DNA from: a virus
Lineage: Duplodnaviria > Caudoviricetes
Direction: 5' to 3' (one strand)
Length of the DNA stretch: 34,598 nucleotides
Virus record (IMG/VR): IMGVR_UViG_3300032312_001565
Coordinates: 1-34,598 of that record
A model generated the notes under the pieces. That model did not search any database and had not been told where the DNA came from. It saw only the letters and a list, made by a program, of their open reading frames with translations. Of this stretch, positions 34,182-34,598 are shown in pieces; position 1 is the first letter of the stretch, and each line of letters begins with the position of its first letter. The translations under genes and the position numbers were made by a program.

Positions 34182-34204
34182 GAGGATTTTTTCCGGAATG
34201 TTGA

Positions 34205-34468
34205 CTACATCACCCCGGCCTTATCGATCACAAATTTCTTAAGCGATTCCTTGGTTCCAAAGTTGTACACCTTTTGAGTCTTTTCCCATCGGACTCCGTT
34301 GTCGTAGTAGGTCACAAAAAAATGTCGGCCACATTTGTCTAAGACTTTAAGCTGCAAGGCGGAAATTTCTTCCAGCTCGACTCCAGCAGCATCAAGGGCT
34401 TTGGAAAATGATTTAAACGCATTCGGGCAACCGGCTCGCCTTTTGCGTTTTTTCTCGGGTTCATTCAT
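34205..34468 (-). CDS. basic hypothetical protein
   Basis: ATG at 34468 (MNEPEKKRKRR); lies between cos and capsid. Confidence 0.6.
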   Translation of the reverse strand: MNEPEKKRKRRAGCPNAFKSFSKALDAAGVELEEISALQLKVLDKCGRHFFVTYYDNGVRWEKTQKVYNFGTKESLKKFVIDKAGVM

Positions 34469-34574
34469 ATGTTTTGACGGTTTAATTTCGGCGCGGGACA
34501 CGAATGATCGGGAGTTTGAGTGGGCTTTTGGTCAATCTCAATAGGCTGGCAATCTGGTGTCCTCTTGGGGGCTT

Positions 34575-34598
34575 GTTGCGACTAGCGAAATGGGTCGC
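34575..34598 (-). other. cos-like packaging site, cosN/cosB-side half
   Basis: Minus strand GCGACCCATTTCGCTAG resembles the lambda left end GCGACCTCGCGGGTTTTCGCTA. Confidence 0.6.

Overview
The window looks like a complete, or nearly complete, 34.6 kb tailed-phage (siphovirus-type) genome opened at a lambda-like cos site: joining base 34598 to base 1 rebuilds a cosQ/cosN-like sequence on the minus strand. Positions 1-11.2 kb are a minus-strand early/replication arm encoding a C5-like MTase, SSB, DnaB, an initiator with iterons, an SNF2 helicase-MTase fusion, a resolvase-like nuclease, an ExoVIII-like nuclease and many small ORFs. Positions 11.2-34.2 kb hold lysis, tail, packaging and head genes, broken into blocks of alternating orientation rather than the usual single late operon. 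The main observation is that six late transcription units each begin with the same fixed-geometry element, TTGnnn-N9-GTTTTGTVG-N10-12-ATG. Four copies form two back-to-back divergent pairs that share an exact 24-bp inverted repeat, suggesting a phage-specific leaderless late-promoter system that may also serve as a rearrangement substrate. Two early-type promoters start with a covarying 5' hairpin (AUGAG loop). I saw no integrase, CI-type repressor, tRNA, CRISPR array or reverse transcriptase. Product calls rest on motifs and gene context recognised by eye; no database searches were run.
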